Below are positions 40,453 through 50,217 of a stretch of DNA of 64,000 nucleotides, piece after piece; the stretch's first letter is position 1, and each line of letters starts with the position of its first letter. A model generated the notes under the pieces. That model worked only from the letters and a program-made list of their open reading frames with translations, did not search any database and was not told the DNA's origin. The DNA is from Candidatus Latescibacterota bacterium (GTDB lineage: Bacteria; Latescibacterota; UBA2968; GCA-2709665): assembly GCA_965116875.1 (NCBI GenBank), contig OZ220733.1:3744001-3808000 (forward strand), in the 5' to 3' direction. A program made the translations under genes and the position numbers.

Positions 40453-41877
40453 ATGATGGTTTTTCATCTTATTCGTAAAGAATTCTTGGAACAGATGCTT
40501 AGTTTTCGATTCATCGTTCTCTCCGCGATGGGGGCATTGGCTATTTGGGTATGCCTCTACAGTGGTTATAACCATTATCGAGAAAGGGTAGATGACTACC
40601 GAATGGCTCAAGCAGCGACTAAGGAACGTATCGAAGAAATCGATGATGCTGAGAATTGGTCCGAATTTGTGTATGTTGGCCACTTGGAACACAAACCACC
40701 TGTACCGACTAGTATCTTTGTGCGTGGACTAGAACCTTTTCTAGGACGATCCATTACCAACGCAACAACAATTCGGAGGCTGAACCGAAGTCCAGCAGAA
40801 ATAACCCCGTTGTTTGGTGTTTTCTCGCCTTTGGATCTTGGACTCATTGTACAAATTGTCCTGAGCTTATTTGCATTATTGTTTACATATGATGCTGTGT
40901 GCGGAGAGAAAGAAGCAGGCTCCTTACGTCTGGTTGCTTCATTTCCGATATCCAAACATCACATATTACTATCGAAATACTTCGGCGCATTGTTTCCACT
41001 GCTTATAGCTTTTGGAATGCCTCTTCTGTTGGGCGTTGCTGTTTTGCTTCTAATGCCTGATGTTCGGTTCACAGAACTTGAGTTGAGTCGTATTGGCCTC
41101 ATATTTATCGCTTGTGGGATCTATGTGTCAGTGTTCACTTGTGTCGGTCTTCTATCCTCCTGTTTGACCCAGAAGGCATCAACATCTTTTGTGCTCTTGC
41201 TAGGATTCTGGGTAACTACCGTGGTAGTGATGCCACGTATCAGTTTAATCATAGCTGATAGCTTTCGAACTGCCCCTTCAGTCTACGAATTGGAAGCAGA
41301 AAAAGAAGCCGTATCAAAGTCAAATGGAGAAAGATGGCGTGAGGTTAGAGCTAGGTGGATAAAGGAGAATCCACAGTGGATGGAAACGCCAGAAGGTAGA
41401 GAAGCTCAACGCCTCTTTTGGAGAAAAACGAGGCAGAAGGTATGGTGGGAACCCAATTTGTCACAGCATGCCCGACTGGATGAGAGTTTTCGTAATCGTT
41501 ATGACGCTCGCCTGAACCTTGCTGTTATCATTGCACGCCTTTCTCCGCCTTTTGCATTCAATAATGCAACCGTAGAACTGGCGGGGACTGGTTTGAGCCG
41601 ACAACGTCGATTCTTGACAACATTCCACCGCTACTATCGACAGTGGTATCAGTGGTTTATTGATTCGGTAGACGATGCCCAGTTGAGACGTATCAATTCG
41701 GTAAAATATGGCGAATATAGATGGGATATATCGGATCTTCCCCGGCTTGTATACAAGGAAATTTGGCCTCAAGAAGATGTACAAACGGCTCTAATTGATA
41801 TCGGTGTCATGTTCCTATGGGGACTAATATTCTTTCTAGGCGCTTATGTGGCGCTGTTAAATTATGACTTTAGATAA
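40453..41877 (+). CDS. ABC-2 type permease (NosY/COG1277-like), type A copy 1
   Basis: IRKEF..., TYDAVCGEKEAGSLRL, large extracytoplasmic loops, C-terminal YDFR. Confidence 0.85.
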   Translation: MMVFHLIRKEFLEQMLSFRFIVLSAMGALAIWVCLYSGYNHYRERVDDYRMAQAATKERIEEIDDAENWSEFVYVGHLEHKPPVPTSIFVRGLEPFLGRSITNATTIRRLNRSPAEITPLFGVFSPLDLGLIVQIVLSLFALLFTYDAVCGEKEAGSLRLVASFPISKHHILLSKYFGALFPLLIAFGMPLLLGVAVLLLMPDVRFTELELSRIGLIFIACGIYVSVFTCVGLLSSCLTQKASTSFVLLLGFWVTTVVVMPRISLIIADSFRTAPSVYELEAEKEAVSKSNGERWREVRARWIKENPQWMETPEGREAQRLFWRKTRQKVWWEPNLSQHARLDESFRNRYDARLNLAVIIARLSPPFAFNNATVELAGTGLSRQRRFLTTFHRYYRQWYQWFIDSVDDAQLRRINSVKYGEYRWDISDLPRLVYKEIWPQEDVQTALIDIGVMFLWGLIFFLGAYVALLNYDFR

Positions 41878-42056
41878 GAGACGGCCGCCTACACCCCTAG
41901 ACTCTAAACAAGCGGGTTTTTTGAGATTATTATGTACAAAAATACCGGAAAGACTTAACTTGGTTGGAGTTAGCAGTACCAGACGAGAAATCGCTTCCGG
42001 TGAAAAGAGTATCGATAAAGGAAAGCCGCAGGAACAGAGTCAGCCTTGATTCGTCA

Positions 42057-42345
42057 ATGCGCCGTGAAAAGGTGCGGATCATCAGTGGGTGAGACACTCA
42101 CCCGACAAGTGTCGCTGCAGTCGGAAGCAATCGGAGCGGGACGTAGGCAACGGCATCTCCGAAGCCTCCGGTGTAGAGGGTCGCAAGGTGACTCGGCGAG
42201 TATGCAGGCCGTAACGTGAGTGAACGCTGAGCAGGCCTCGAAAAAGGTAATGCGGGAGCCGACCCGTCTGACGATCCGGGAAAGCCGCCGTCGTTGCGGA
42301 AGAGCGCAACGCGTACACCCAACAATCGCGCCGGGTAATGGCGAC
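42057..42345 (+). mobile_element. Group II intron 5' (domain I) remnant without RT ORF
   Basis: Starts ATGCGCCGTG (cf. GUGYG); hairpin GGGTGAG-ACA-CTCACCC at 42087-42103; GCAGGCCGTAACGTGAGTGAACGCTGAGCAGGCCTCG; antisense pseudo-ORF FEACSAFTHVTAC recalled as typical of intron 5' ends; GC-richer than its flanks. Confidence 0.7.
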
Positions 42346-42411
42346 GTCAAGTATACAAGTTGATGTCGGTTTTCCAGGAGTGCATCTTCTGGCATTGATT
42401 AAGGTTAGCTT

Positions 42412-43812
42412 ATGTTTGGTCGGCTTGTAAAAAAGGAACTATCGCACTATCTCTTCGACTTCCGGTTTATTGTAGTGTTCGCACTTTGTACTCTACTTTC
42501 TGTCTTGAGTGCTTATGTAGGTACCCAGAATTACATTCGGCAGCTTCAACAATACAATGTAGTATCTGAAAAAAGCCGACGGACCATCCAAATTTCGCTT
42601 GAGAAAAACAGGCTCCAAGACTTAGAGTGGACAGGATATCGCTGGAATAAGAGACCCGAATCGCTCAGTCCAGTTGTCTATGGTCTATCTGGGACATTGG
42701 GGCAGGAAGTACGCATCCAATATCGTAGACATCTACAGTTTGAAGCTAGCCTCTTTGCGACCGATCCCATTCATGCGCTTTTGGGTATACTCGATTTGGC
42801 ATTCATTGTGAAAATCGTCCTTAGTCTTTGCATGCTCCTATTAACTTATGATGCAATTTGTGGAGAAAAGGAAACAGGTACTCTAAGGCTCTATGCTTCG
42901 TTTCCGGTGTCTCGATCTAAACTGGCTTTAGCCAAACTTATCGGTTCATCGATTGCTGTTCTAACGCCATTTGTCTTCTCTTTTTTATCAGCCTCTCTTG
43001 TTCTAATCTTGTCCTCGAGACTTAATCTACAAGGACAAGACTGGATTCGAATAGCGATTCTAGCGGTGCTGTCATCGCTCTATTTGGCTGTCTTCGCCGG
43101 ATTTGGGATTTGGGCATCCGCACTGACCCACAAGCGGATAACTTCATTTTTTGGGCTCCTAGGATTGTGGACGGTCTGGATCTTTATTATACCAAATATG
43201 GCAGTAGATATTGCGAATCACTTGATCCCGGTCGAAAGTGTATATGAATTGGAAAGAAAATATAGCGCACTAAGAGAAGAGATTAGAGAGAGTAGGCAAC
43301 GGGAGGTTGATGACTACAGGCGTCTCGCCCCAACAAGAAACCTCGATGCGTTATCGCCGGAAGAACAGCAAAAAGCCCAAATCGGTCTCAGAAGAATTGA
43401 TACCAAGTGGGATATGCTGTTTTACAGAAGGTTGAACAATATTAGATTGGAATGGCAAAATCAAATGAGCAGGCAGCAACAATTGACATTTATGCTCTCG
43501 GCGATTTCCCCCTTCAGCGCTGTCAGTATTGCATCAATGGATGTGGCTCGTACAAGCTTTGTCCAACAGGAAAAACTTGAGGATGCGCTCAATACTTATC
43601 TTATCTATATGGCTCAGTTTATACAAAAAAAGAAATCTCAAGCAGCGAACCAGAGGATCCTAACTGATTTCTCCCTATTCACCTATCAGGATGATGACAG
43701 ATTAGGGGAATGTCTGTACCGGAATACGTTCCACATTGTGAACCTATGGCTTCTATTGATCCTCGGATTTACTGGGGCATATGTCACGATTTTGCGATAT
43801 GACGTAAGATGA
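42412..43812 (+). CDS. ABC-2 type permease, type B copy 1
   Basis: MFGRLVKKEL..DFRF, YGLSGTLGQE, YDAICGEKETGTLRL, C-terminal YDVR. Confidence 0.85.
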   Translation: MFGRLVKKELSHYLFDFRFIVVFALCTLLSVLSAYVGTQNYIRQLQQYNVVSEKSRRTIQISLEKNRLQDLEWTGYRWNKRPESLSPVVYGLSGTLGQEVRIQYRRHLQFEASLFATDPIHALLGILDLAFIVKIVLSLCMLLLTYDAICGEKETGTLRLYASFPVSRSKLALAKLIGSSIAVLTPFVFSFLSASLVLILSSRLNLQGQDWIRIAILAVLSSLYLAVFAGFGIWASALTHKRITSFFGLLGLWTVWIFIIPNMAVDIANHLIPVESVYELERKYSALREEIRESRQREVDDYRRLAPTRNLDALSPEEQQKAQIGLRRIDTKWDMLFYRRLNNIRLEWQNQMSRQQQLTFMLSAISPFSAVSIASMDVARTSFVQQEKLEDALNTYLIYMAQFIQKKKSQAANQRILTDFSLFTYQDDDRLGECLYRNTFHIVNLWLLLILGFTGAYVTILRYDVR

Positions 43813-43963
43813 CCATTCTCTAAAGAGGCTTATCACGTTCGGTTCTATTGAGCTTCACATAAGTCAGTTTATAAGTCGAACCCGATTCCTCGATACGTAC
43901 TTTTGGACGGCTCGGAACATACGGAAGGCCATATCCCCGAGTAACAACCAATTGGAGTGATAT

Positions 43964-45400
43964 ATGCTCGGTTGCGTTATACGGAAAGAGATTCTGGACC
44001 ACATATTGAGCCTTCGGTATCTGATACTTTCAGTGATCGCGGCGCTGGTGGTTTTGCTTAGCCTCTATAGCGGCTACACGTACTATCAATCTAGCCTGGA
44101 GAACTACCGCTTGGCAGAAACGGCGACCGATAATCGCATCCGACAATTGCTGGATTGTGATGATTGGCTGGAGTTAGACGCTATGGGATTTAAGATTCAC
44201 AAGCCGCCAACTCCTATGAGTATCTTTGTTCGTGGATTGGAACCGGCACTCGGGCGAACGGTACTAATTTCCGGTGGCGGAAAACAACTGCCTGCCCGTA
44301 GCCCCGAGTCGGTTGAGCCTTCCCTCGCGGTGTTTCCTCTCCTGGACTTAGGGTTGATTGTCCAGATTGTCCTGAGCCTTTTTATTTTGTTGTTGACCTA
44401 CGATTTGGTGTGTGGAGAAAAGGAAAATGGCACACTGCGATTGATCGCCGCCTTTCCAATTTCGAAAGCGAAACTACTTCTGGGCAAGTTTTTGGGGATC
44501 TATATTCCCACGCTCGTCTCCATTTTTCTACCCTTGCTACTTGGCTTGGCTGCTGTCCTGATGGCCCCCGAAGCAGAGTTCACAGAATTGGAACTAATCC
44601 ATCTGGTGCTCATATTATTGACTATTGGTACCTACCTCTTCACCTTCACAAGCGCCGGAATCTTTGCTTCATGTCTCGCCGGGCGCTCAGCTACGGCATT
44701 TGTCGTCCTTCTCAGCTTCTGGGTCGTCACCGTTGTTGTGCTGCCTCGTTTGAGTCTCATCGTCGCCGACAGCGTCAGTCCAGCACCGTCCTTTTACAAT
44801 CTTATTACAGAAAAGGCAGCTGTTGCAATGGCCGACCTGGAGGCGCGTTACGAACGCCACCGGAACTGGCAGGATGACTATCAGCGGGTCAACGGCGTTG
44901 AGTGGCATAACACTCCCGAGGGTCGGGAGGCATACCAACTATTTTTCGCGCGGACCCGGCGTGAAGCCCGTACGCATACCTTCAAACAGTGGGAACGGCT
45001 GGACGAAGCCTTTCAGAACCGATACAACGCTCGGCTGGACCTGGCAATGTACTTGGCACGACTTTCACCAACATTTGCCTTCAACAACGCAGTAGTCCGG
45101 CTTGCTGGCGTTGGTTGGGAGCCCCAGCACAGGTTCAAGGTGGCAGGCGAGCGGTTTTGGAAGAAATACCGCGCGTGGTTCGCCCGGACGAAGACCCGCG
45201 ACCGACTTAGACTCGCTCATCCAGAAAAATACGGTGAATATCAATGGGACGTCTCGGACATGCCCCGGTTTTTCTTTCAAGAACGATGGCACAGTGAAGA
45301 CGTGCGGTTCGCTCTATTGGACGTTGGCATTTTAGCCATTTGGGGTATCCTGTTCTTCGCCGGTGCATTCTTCACCATCCTGCGTTATGATGTGAGGTAA
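43964..45400 (+). CDS. ABC-2 type permease, type A copy 2
   Basis: Shares HKPP..SIFVRGLEP, TPEGREA, RYNARL, KYGEYQWD with 40453; C-terminal YDVR. Confidence 0.85.
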   Translation: MLGCVIRKEILDHILSLRYLILSVIAALVVLLSLYSGYTYYQSSLENYRLAETATDNRIRQLLDCDDWLELDAMGFKIHKPPTPMSIFVRGLEPALGRTVLISGGGKQLPARSPESVEPSLAVFPLLDLGLIVQIVLSLFILLLTYDLVCGEKENGTLRLIAAFPISKAKLLLGKFLGIYIPTLVSIFLPLLLGLAAVLMAPEAEFTELELIHLVLILLTIGTYLFTFTSAGIFASCLAGRSATAFVVLLSFWVVTVVVLPRLSLIVADSVSPAPSFYNLITEKAAVAMADLEARYERHRNWQDDYQRVNGVEWHNTPEGREAYQLFFARTRREARTHTFKQWERLDEAFQNRYNARLDLAMYLARLSPTFAFNNAVVRLAGVGWEPQHRFKVAGERFWKKYRAWFARTKTRDRLRLAHPEKYGEYQWDVSDMPRFFFQERWHSEDVRFALLDVGILAIWGILFFAGAFFTILRYDVR

Positions 45401-45513
45401 GATGTTGGAATGGTAACTGGACCATTCCGCCCATCTTAAGTATTCCAATAACATGGGATTCCGTAGGAGGTCCAGACGCTGTTGAATGACTGTCAAGTTT
45501 TGGGGAGTCTCCT

Positions 45514-46926
45514 ATGTTCGGTCACCTTGTCCAGAAGGAACTTCGTCACTACATGCTCGATTTCCGTTTCGTTGCAATATTCGTCCTTTGCGCGTTGCTG
45601 TCGAGCCTTAGTGTCTATGTGGGTGGCGAGAAACATCGTCAGCAACTTCGGGAATATATGACAGTCTCTCAAAGTAACCAGGACAGGCTTAGGACCACTC
45701 TGGAGAAAGGATACATTTCCAATTTATGGTGGTTTGGTTACAATTGGAACCGAAGACCCGAAATGCTCAGCCCGCTGGTATATGGCCTCTCCGGAAAACT
45801 AGGGCAGGAAGTCAACCTTCACGCCCAAAGGCCCGTCGAGTTTGAGGGTAGTTCTTTTGAGACTGATCCAGTTCATGCTCTCTTTGGTGTTCTCGACTTG
45901 GACTTTATTGTAAAGATTGTCCTTAGTTTGTGTGTTCTGTTACTAACCTACGATTCAATCTGCGGCGAGAAAGAAGCAGGAACATTGAGACTTTACGCCT
46001 CATTCTCCGTATCTCGGTCCAAGCTAGCTATTGCCAAGCTCGTTGGATCAACTCTGGCGATCGTCGTTCCCCTCTTATTTGCCTTCTTGCTGGCCTCGGC
46101 TGTGTTAGCCCTTTCTCCAAGTGTTAGCTTACAAGTCCAGGATTGGATGAGAATAGTCGCCTTGACGGGCGTTTTCGTCCTCTATTTGATGGTATTCATT
46201 GCGTTCGGGCTTTGGATGTCTGCTTCGACCCATCGTCGAATGACGGCCTTTTTGAGCCTTTTGTGTTTGTGGACCGTCTGGATCTTTGTAGTTCCGGATA
46301 TAGCGGTACGCTTTGCCCGTTACCTGTCTCCGGTAGAAAGCATCTACAACATGGAAAAACGGATTGACACAATTCGCTGGGAAATGCGGGAACGTAAAGT
46401 GGAAGAGATACGGGCTTATCAGGAACGCGTACGTGTCGAAAACAGGGATGCTAATACACTTGCGCAGCAGGCAGAGGCTGAAAGTGTTCACCGTGCAGCG
46501 TTCAAGTCGATTCGAAAAAAGTGGAACCTGCAATACTATCGAAGTATGTCGGACCTGCAAGCAGTCAGGCTCCGCCAGATGCAAAAGCAGCGGGATCTTC
46601 TCGCTGTACTTTCGTCCCTCTCTCCACTAGGCGCGATCAGTTTTACTTCCATGGACATTGCCCGCACTGGACCTATTCAGCAAGCGCGGATCTTAGAGGT
46701 GATGAGCCCACACCTGGTCTATCTCGATTCATTTATTCAAGAAAATTGGATACTACCTTCTGAAATGCGTGATCTGACTGACTTTTCCCAATTCACCTAT
46801 CGGGACACAGACACACTTGGGGATTGCATCTCACGGAATGCATTCCATATTCTGAACTTGGTGCTCCTTGTACTGGTGGGTTTTGCGGGCGCGTATATGG
46901 CTCTGGTTAGATACGATGTTAGATAA
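45514..46926 (+). CDS. ABC-2 type permease, type B copy 2
   Basis: Shares WNRRPE.LSP.VYGLSG.LGQE, TDP.HAL, LTDFS.FTY with 42412; C-terminal YDVR. Confidence 0.85.
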   Translation: MFGHLVQKELRHYMLDFRFVAIFVLCALLSSLSVYVGGEKHRQQLREYMTVSQSNQDRLRTTLEKGYISNLWWFGYNWNRRPEMLSPLVYGLSGKLGQEVNLHAQRPVEFEGSSFETDPVHALFGVLDLDFIVKIVLSLCVLLLTYDSICGEKEAGTLRLYASFSVSRSKLAIAKLVGSTLAIVVPLLFAFLLASAVLALSPSVSLQVQDWMRIVALTGVFVLYLMVFIAFGLWMSASTHRRMTAFLSLLCLWTVWIFVVPDIAVRFARYLSPVESIYNMEKRIDTIRWEMRERKVEEIRAYQERVRVENRDANTLAQQAEAESVHRAAFKSIRKKWNLQYYRSMSDLQAVRLRQMQKQRDLLAVLSSLSPLGAISFTSMDIARTGPIQQARILEVMSPHLVYLDSFIQENWILPSEMRDLTDFSQFTYRDTDTLGDCISRNAFHILNLVLLVLVGFAGAYMALVRYDVR

Positions 46927-47119
46927 GTGGTTCGAACAGAAACATCGGTAGTTGTTCCCCTGTGCATCAATATAGAGTGAGACAACTCCTCCTCCGAGGC
47001 CAATGTCATATATTGGGCAGAGTGGAGAGGACGGGATGAGGCCAAGAACCGATGTATTAGATTATAGCGGAGAGCAGTCTCCGGTTCTGCAGGTCCCGTG
47101 CGGGATCTCAGGGAAGGCG

Positions 47120-48670
47120 ATGGCTTATCCGAAGGTGCCGGAGGTCTCGGAATGCCGTCGGATCACCTTGCCGTTGCTCGTCTCGATGCTTTCGATCCTA
47201 TTCATTCACCTTCCCGGTTACGGTCAGTATTTTACTGAACGTAACGACGAGACGTATCTGATCCTCGCCCTGAAAAAGCAAAAAGCCCGTTTCGACGCAG
47301 CAAGGGTCGAATACGCAGCGGCATTGGAACTTAAACAAAGAAGCCTGATCGCGCTGAACGAATTTGAACGAATCAAGACAAACTACATAAATGAAGAGAT
47401 CAGCTACCAGCAGGCGATGCTACGCGTGATCTTCGATCAGCCCCATATCCTCATCGAAAAAGCGATCAAATATCAGGCCGAAGACGGCAAAAAGCGCGTG
47501 CGGCTCACCCTTAAAAACACGACGGGCGGCGTGGCCGACTATGAAAAACTGGTGCAGACCGATGACAGCGTATTCGATCCCTCGCTTCAGCCTGACAAGA
47601 TCAATAACGTGTTTATTTCTCTGCACGAAAGCGCGGAAGCCGGCGGCGTCGGCCCAATCATCAGTCAGCCTTACGAAGACAAGATTGAAACCCTTGGGTT
47701 TGGGGATTCAGCGCACGTCGATTTCCTCTTGCTCAAAGACGTCGAGGAAGTGATCGTGAGCATGACGTATGCGGGCGCCACGGACCGAAAACATATCTAC
47801 CTGCAAAAGGATACAAGCGCCAACCGCGTGCTTGTCTCCTCGCCGAACTTCTCCCAGGAGTCCTATCTGGGCGAAAGTGCCACCTACTCGCTGCAACTTG
47901 AGCGCTTCTCCAACGAAAACGACGTATTCCGTCTGGCTGTGGTCAACCTGCCCCGTCAAATCACGTACAACTTCCTCGACCCCACCTCAGTACCGATCCA
48001 ACGACTATCTCAAGTCAACTTCACGCAGGGTGTCACCAGCAAACAACTTGCACTTACAGCCTACCTTCCAGAACGGTCGGACGTACAGGTGGGAATCGAC
48101 AAGACCATCACGTTCTATGCGTTGGTCTTGCCCCAGGAAGTCTGGCAAGACGTGCAGCCCTTGGACAATAAGACCTTCAGCGAAAAGGAAGTTGACGGTC
48201 TCGACGCAGGTAAGGTAAAACTGGAACTCATTCCGCGCGGCGTCGGCCGGATCGAAGTTCGGGCACTGAATCTATACCATGAGATCGAAACGGATGGGGA
48301 TGTCACCATGGAAATCACTGTCCTCAATGATGGCAGCAGGCGGCTGGACAACATTCGCATCCGTACCAATATGCCGCCCAAGTGGCAGTCAGATATCCAC
48401 CCAGATGTTATCTCCGAGTTGATGCCGGCCGAAGAACTCACCGTCAAACTGCAATTCCTGCCGCCCGAAAACGTCGAAGTCGGCGACTATGAGATTCAGA
48501 TCCAGACACAGGCGCTGGCGGACAACCGTCCAGTGCAAACGCAGGACAAAACCGTGCGCATTCACGTCAACGCCCTTACCAACCTCTGGTTGAGCGCGTT
48601 CATCGTTCTTTGCGTAATCGGCGTGCTCGTCGGCATTATATGGTATTCAATCAAACTTACCAGACGTTAG
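47120..48670 (+). CDS. NEW3/COG1470-like exported protein with Ig-like domains and C-terminal TM anchor
   Basis: Signal-like segment; N-terminal helical hairpin; NEW3-like TVLNDGSRRLDNIRI..PPKW..P..ISELMPAEE...PPENVEVGDY; TM helix followed by KLTRR; start uncertain. Confidence 0.7.
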   Translation: MAYPKVPEVSECRRITLPLLVSMLSILFIHLPGYGQYFTERNDETYLILALKKQKARFDAARVEYAAALELKQRSLIALNEFERIKTNYINEEISYQQAMLRVIFDQPHILIEKAIKYQAEDGKKRVRLTLKNTTGGVADYEKLVQTDDSVFDPSLQPDKINNVFISLHESAEAGGVGPIISQPYEDKIETLGFGDSAHVDFLLLKDVEEVIVSMTYAGATDRKHIYLQKDTSANRVLVSSPNFSQESYLGESATYSLQLERFSNENDVFRLAVVNLPRQITYNFLDPTSVPIQRLSQVNFTQGVTSKQLALTAYLPERSDVQVGIDKTITFYALVLPQEVWQDVQPLDNKTFSEKEVDGLDAGKVKLELIPRGVGRIEVRALNLYHEIETDGDVTMEITVLNDGSRRLDNIRIRTNMPPKWQSDIHPDVISELMPAEELTVKLQFLPPENVEVGDYEIQIQTQALADNRPVQTQDKTVRIHVNALTNLWLSAFIVLCVIGVLVGIIWYSIKLTRR

Positions 48671-48791
48671 CGCTAGTCCCCTTGCCTTCTGTCTCGCCGA
48701 ACGGGCGGCAATTCTGCTGATTGGCGGGTTTTATTGCCCTTCCCACTTCGGGGGAGCGGACGGGCGTGTCCAAGATAAAATGGAGGTTTCA

Positions 48792-49550
48792 ATGATCGAA
48801 GCCATCGATCTGACGAAGCGGTACGAAGACGGGATACTCGCATTGGACCACCTTAACCTAAAGGTCGCACCGGGGGAGATATTCTGCTTGCTCGGCGCCA
48901 ACGGCGCGGGCAAATCCACCGCGATTAACCTGATGTTGAACTTTATAGAGCCGACCGAAGGCACGGCCAAAATCAACGACATCGATGTCACCCGCGAACC
49001 GCTGGAAGCCAAGAAGTATGTGGCCTACCTGTCGGAAAACGTCAGTTTGTATAGCAACTTTACTGCCCGGCAGAACCTGGAGTTCTTCGCCGGCTTGGCC
49101 GGGAAACAGACTGACCTTGAAGGCTACTATAAGATCCTGCGGAGAGTGGGTTTGCCGGAAAACTCATTCGAGAAACGGATTAAAGAATTCTCAAAGGGGA
49201 TGCGCCAAAAGGTAGGTATAGCCATTGTCATCATTCGGGACGCGCGCGCAGTCATAATGGACGAGCCTACCTCTGGTCTTGATCCGCAAGCCGGCGCCGA
49301 ATTCTTGCATCTACTGGAAGAACTGAGAGGCGAAGGCAGGGCAGTTTTCATGTCGACCCACGACATCTTTCGGGCTCGCACACTTGCGGACAGGGTAGGC
49401 ATCATGAAATCGGGGCGCTTGATAAGCGAACGCACCCGCGGTGAACTGGAATACGAAGACCTGGAGGAACTCTATCTCGATTACATGTACGGCACAAACA
49501 AGGGAAGGGACCAGATTGAAAAGCCGCTCGTCAGAGAGCAGCCGCAATGA
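48792..49550 (+). CDS. ABC transporter ATP-binding protein (COG1131)
   Basis: GANGAGKST, FSKGMRQK, MDEPTSGLDP, STHD. Confidence 0.93.
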   Translation: MIEAIDLTKRYEDGILALDHLNLKVAPGEIFCLLGANGAGKSTAINLMLNFIEPTEGTAKINDIDVTREPLEAKKYVAYLSENVSLYSNFTARQNLEFFAGLAGKQTDLEGYYKILRRVGLPENSFEKRIKEFSKGMRQKVGIAIVIIRDARAVIMDEPTSGLDPQAGAEFLHLLEELRGEGRAVFMSTHDIFRARTLADRVGIMKSGRLISERTRGELEYEDLEELYLDYMYGTNKGRDQIEKPLVREQPQ

Positions 49551-49752
49551 CAACAGGTCTACTGAACTGCACTTGACCAATCGCATCGCAATTCTATCCC
49601 CTCCAACCAAGGATAGATTCAAGACACCCCACTAAACCCGGGTAACTCCAATATGGACCACTTTGTTCCATTGGAAAGAGTCAATTCCCCGAGTCGGTTA
49701 GAGAGTTCCCATCATGTGCCAATATTATTGTCTGATTTCCATCGAATACTTC

Positions 49753-49781
49753 TTGACAATTTCCATTAAAGTAGATAGTTT
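49753..49781 (+). promoter_or_regulatory. sigma70 promoter
   Basis: TTGACA-17-TAGTTT. Confidence 0.55.
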
Positions 49782-49900
49782 AGGCATTCTAATGCGGATA
49801 GATTATTCTCTAAATTGACCGCCTTCTGCTCTTCGTGACCGAGCCGACATGAAGTCAGTCGGTTAAGAACTCGAAACGCAAGTCGTTGAGGAATTCACCC

Positions 49901-50008
49901 ATGTGTTCGATTTCTGTTAATTTGACGATAGCAAACTTGGTACTTTATCGTGTACCCATTGCCGCTAAGCACGGCGAAACTCGAAAGGCGCGATGCGGTT
50001 TGGTATAA
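49901..50008 (+). CDS. Possible 35-aa leader or small peptide MCSISVNLTIANLVLYRVPIAAKHGETRKARCGLV
   Basis: GAGGA RBS 8 nt upstream; lies between promoter and terminator; no recognisable homology. Confidence 0.25.
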   Translation: MCSISVNLTIANLVLYRVPIAAKHGETRKARCGLV

Positions 50009-50031
50009 ATTCAGAAACAGTACGAATTCCC

Positions 50032-50068
50032 GCCGCCATCGATGCCGATTCGATGGCGGCTTTTATTT
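50032..50068 (+). terminator. Intrinsic terminator upstream of the second ABC operon
   Basis: GCCGCCATCGA-TGCCGAT-TCGATGGCGGC-TTTTATTT (11-bp perfect stem). Confidence 0.8.
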
Positions 50069-50217
50069 GTTGTCTGCCACGGGGATTGACGAAACGACAT
50101 TCACCTTGATTCGACACGCTACGTGCTAATCAGAGCGCAACGTAGAGGGAGACGAGCGACGGAACCACGCATCCGTCGCGGGGAAACTCCACAATAACGA
50201 AGTATCTGAGGTCTTGC

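Noticed and set aside
42054-42395. 113-aa minus-strand ORF
   Set aside because: Antisense reading of the group II intron remnant
49920-49990. Hammerhead ribozyme or c-di-GMP riboswitch in the leader
   Set aside because: TTGACGA/GAAAC lack the CUGAnGA core and properly paired stems; GEMM consensus is absent
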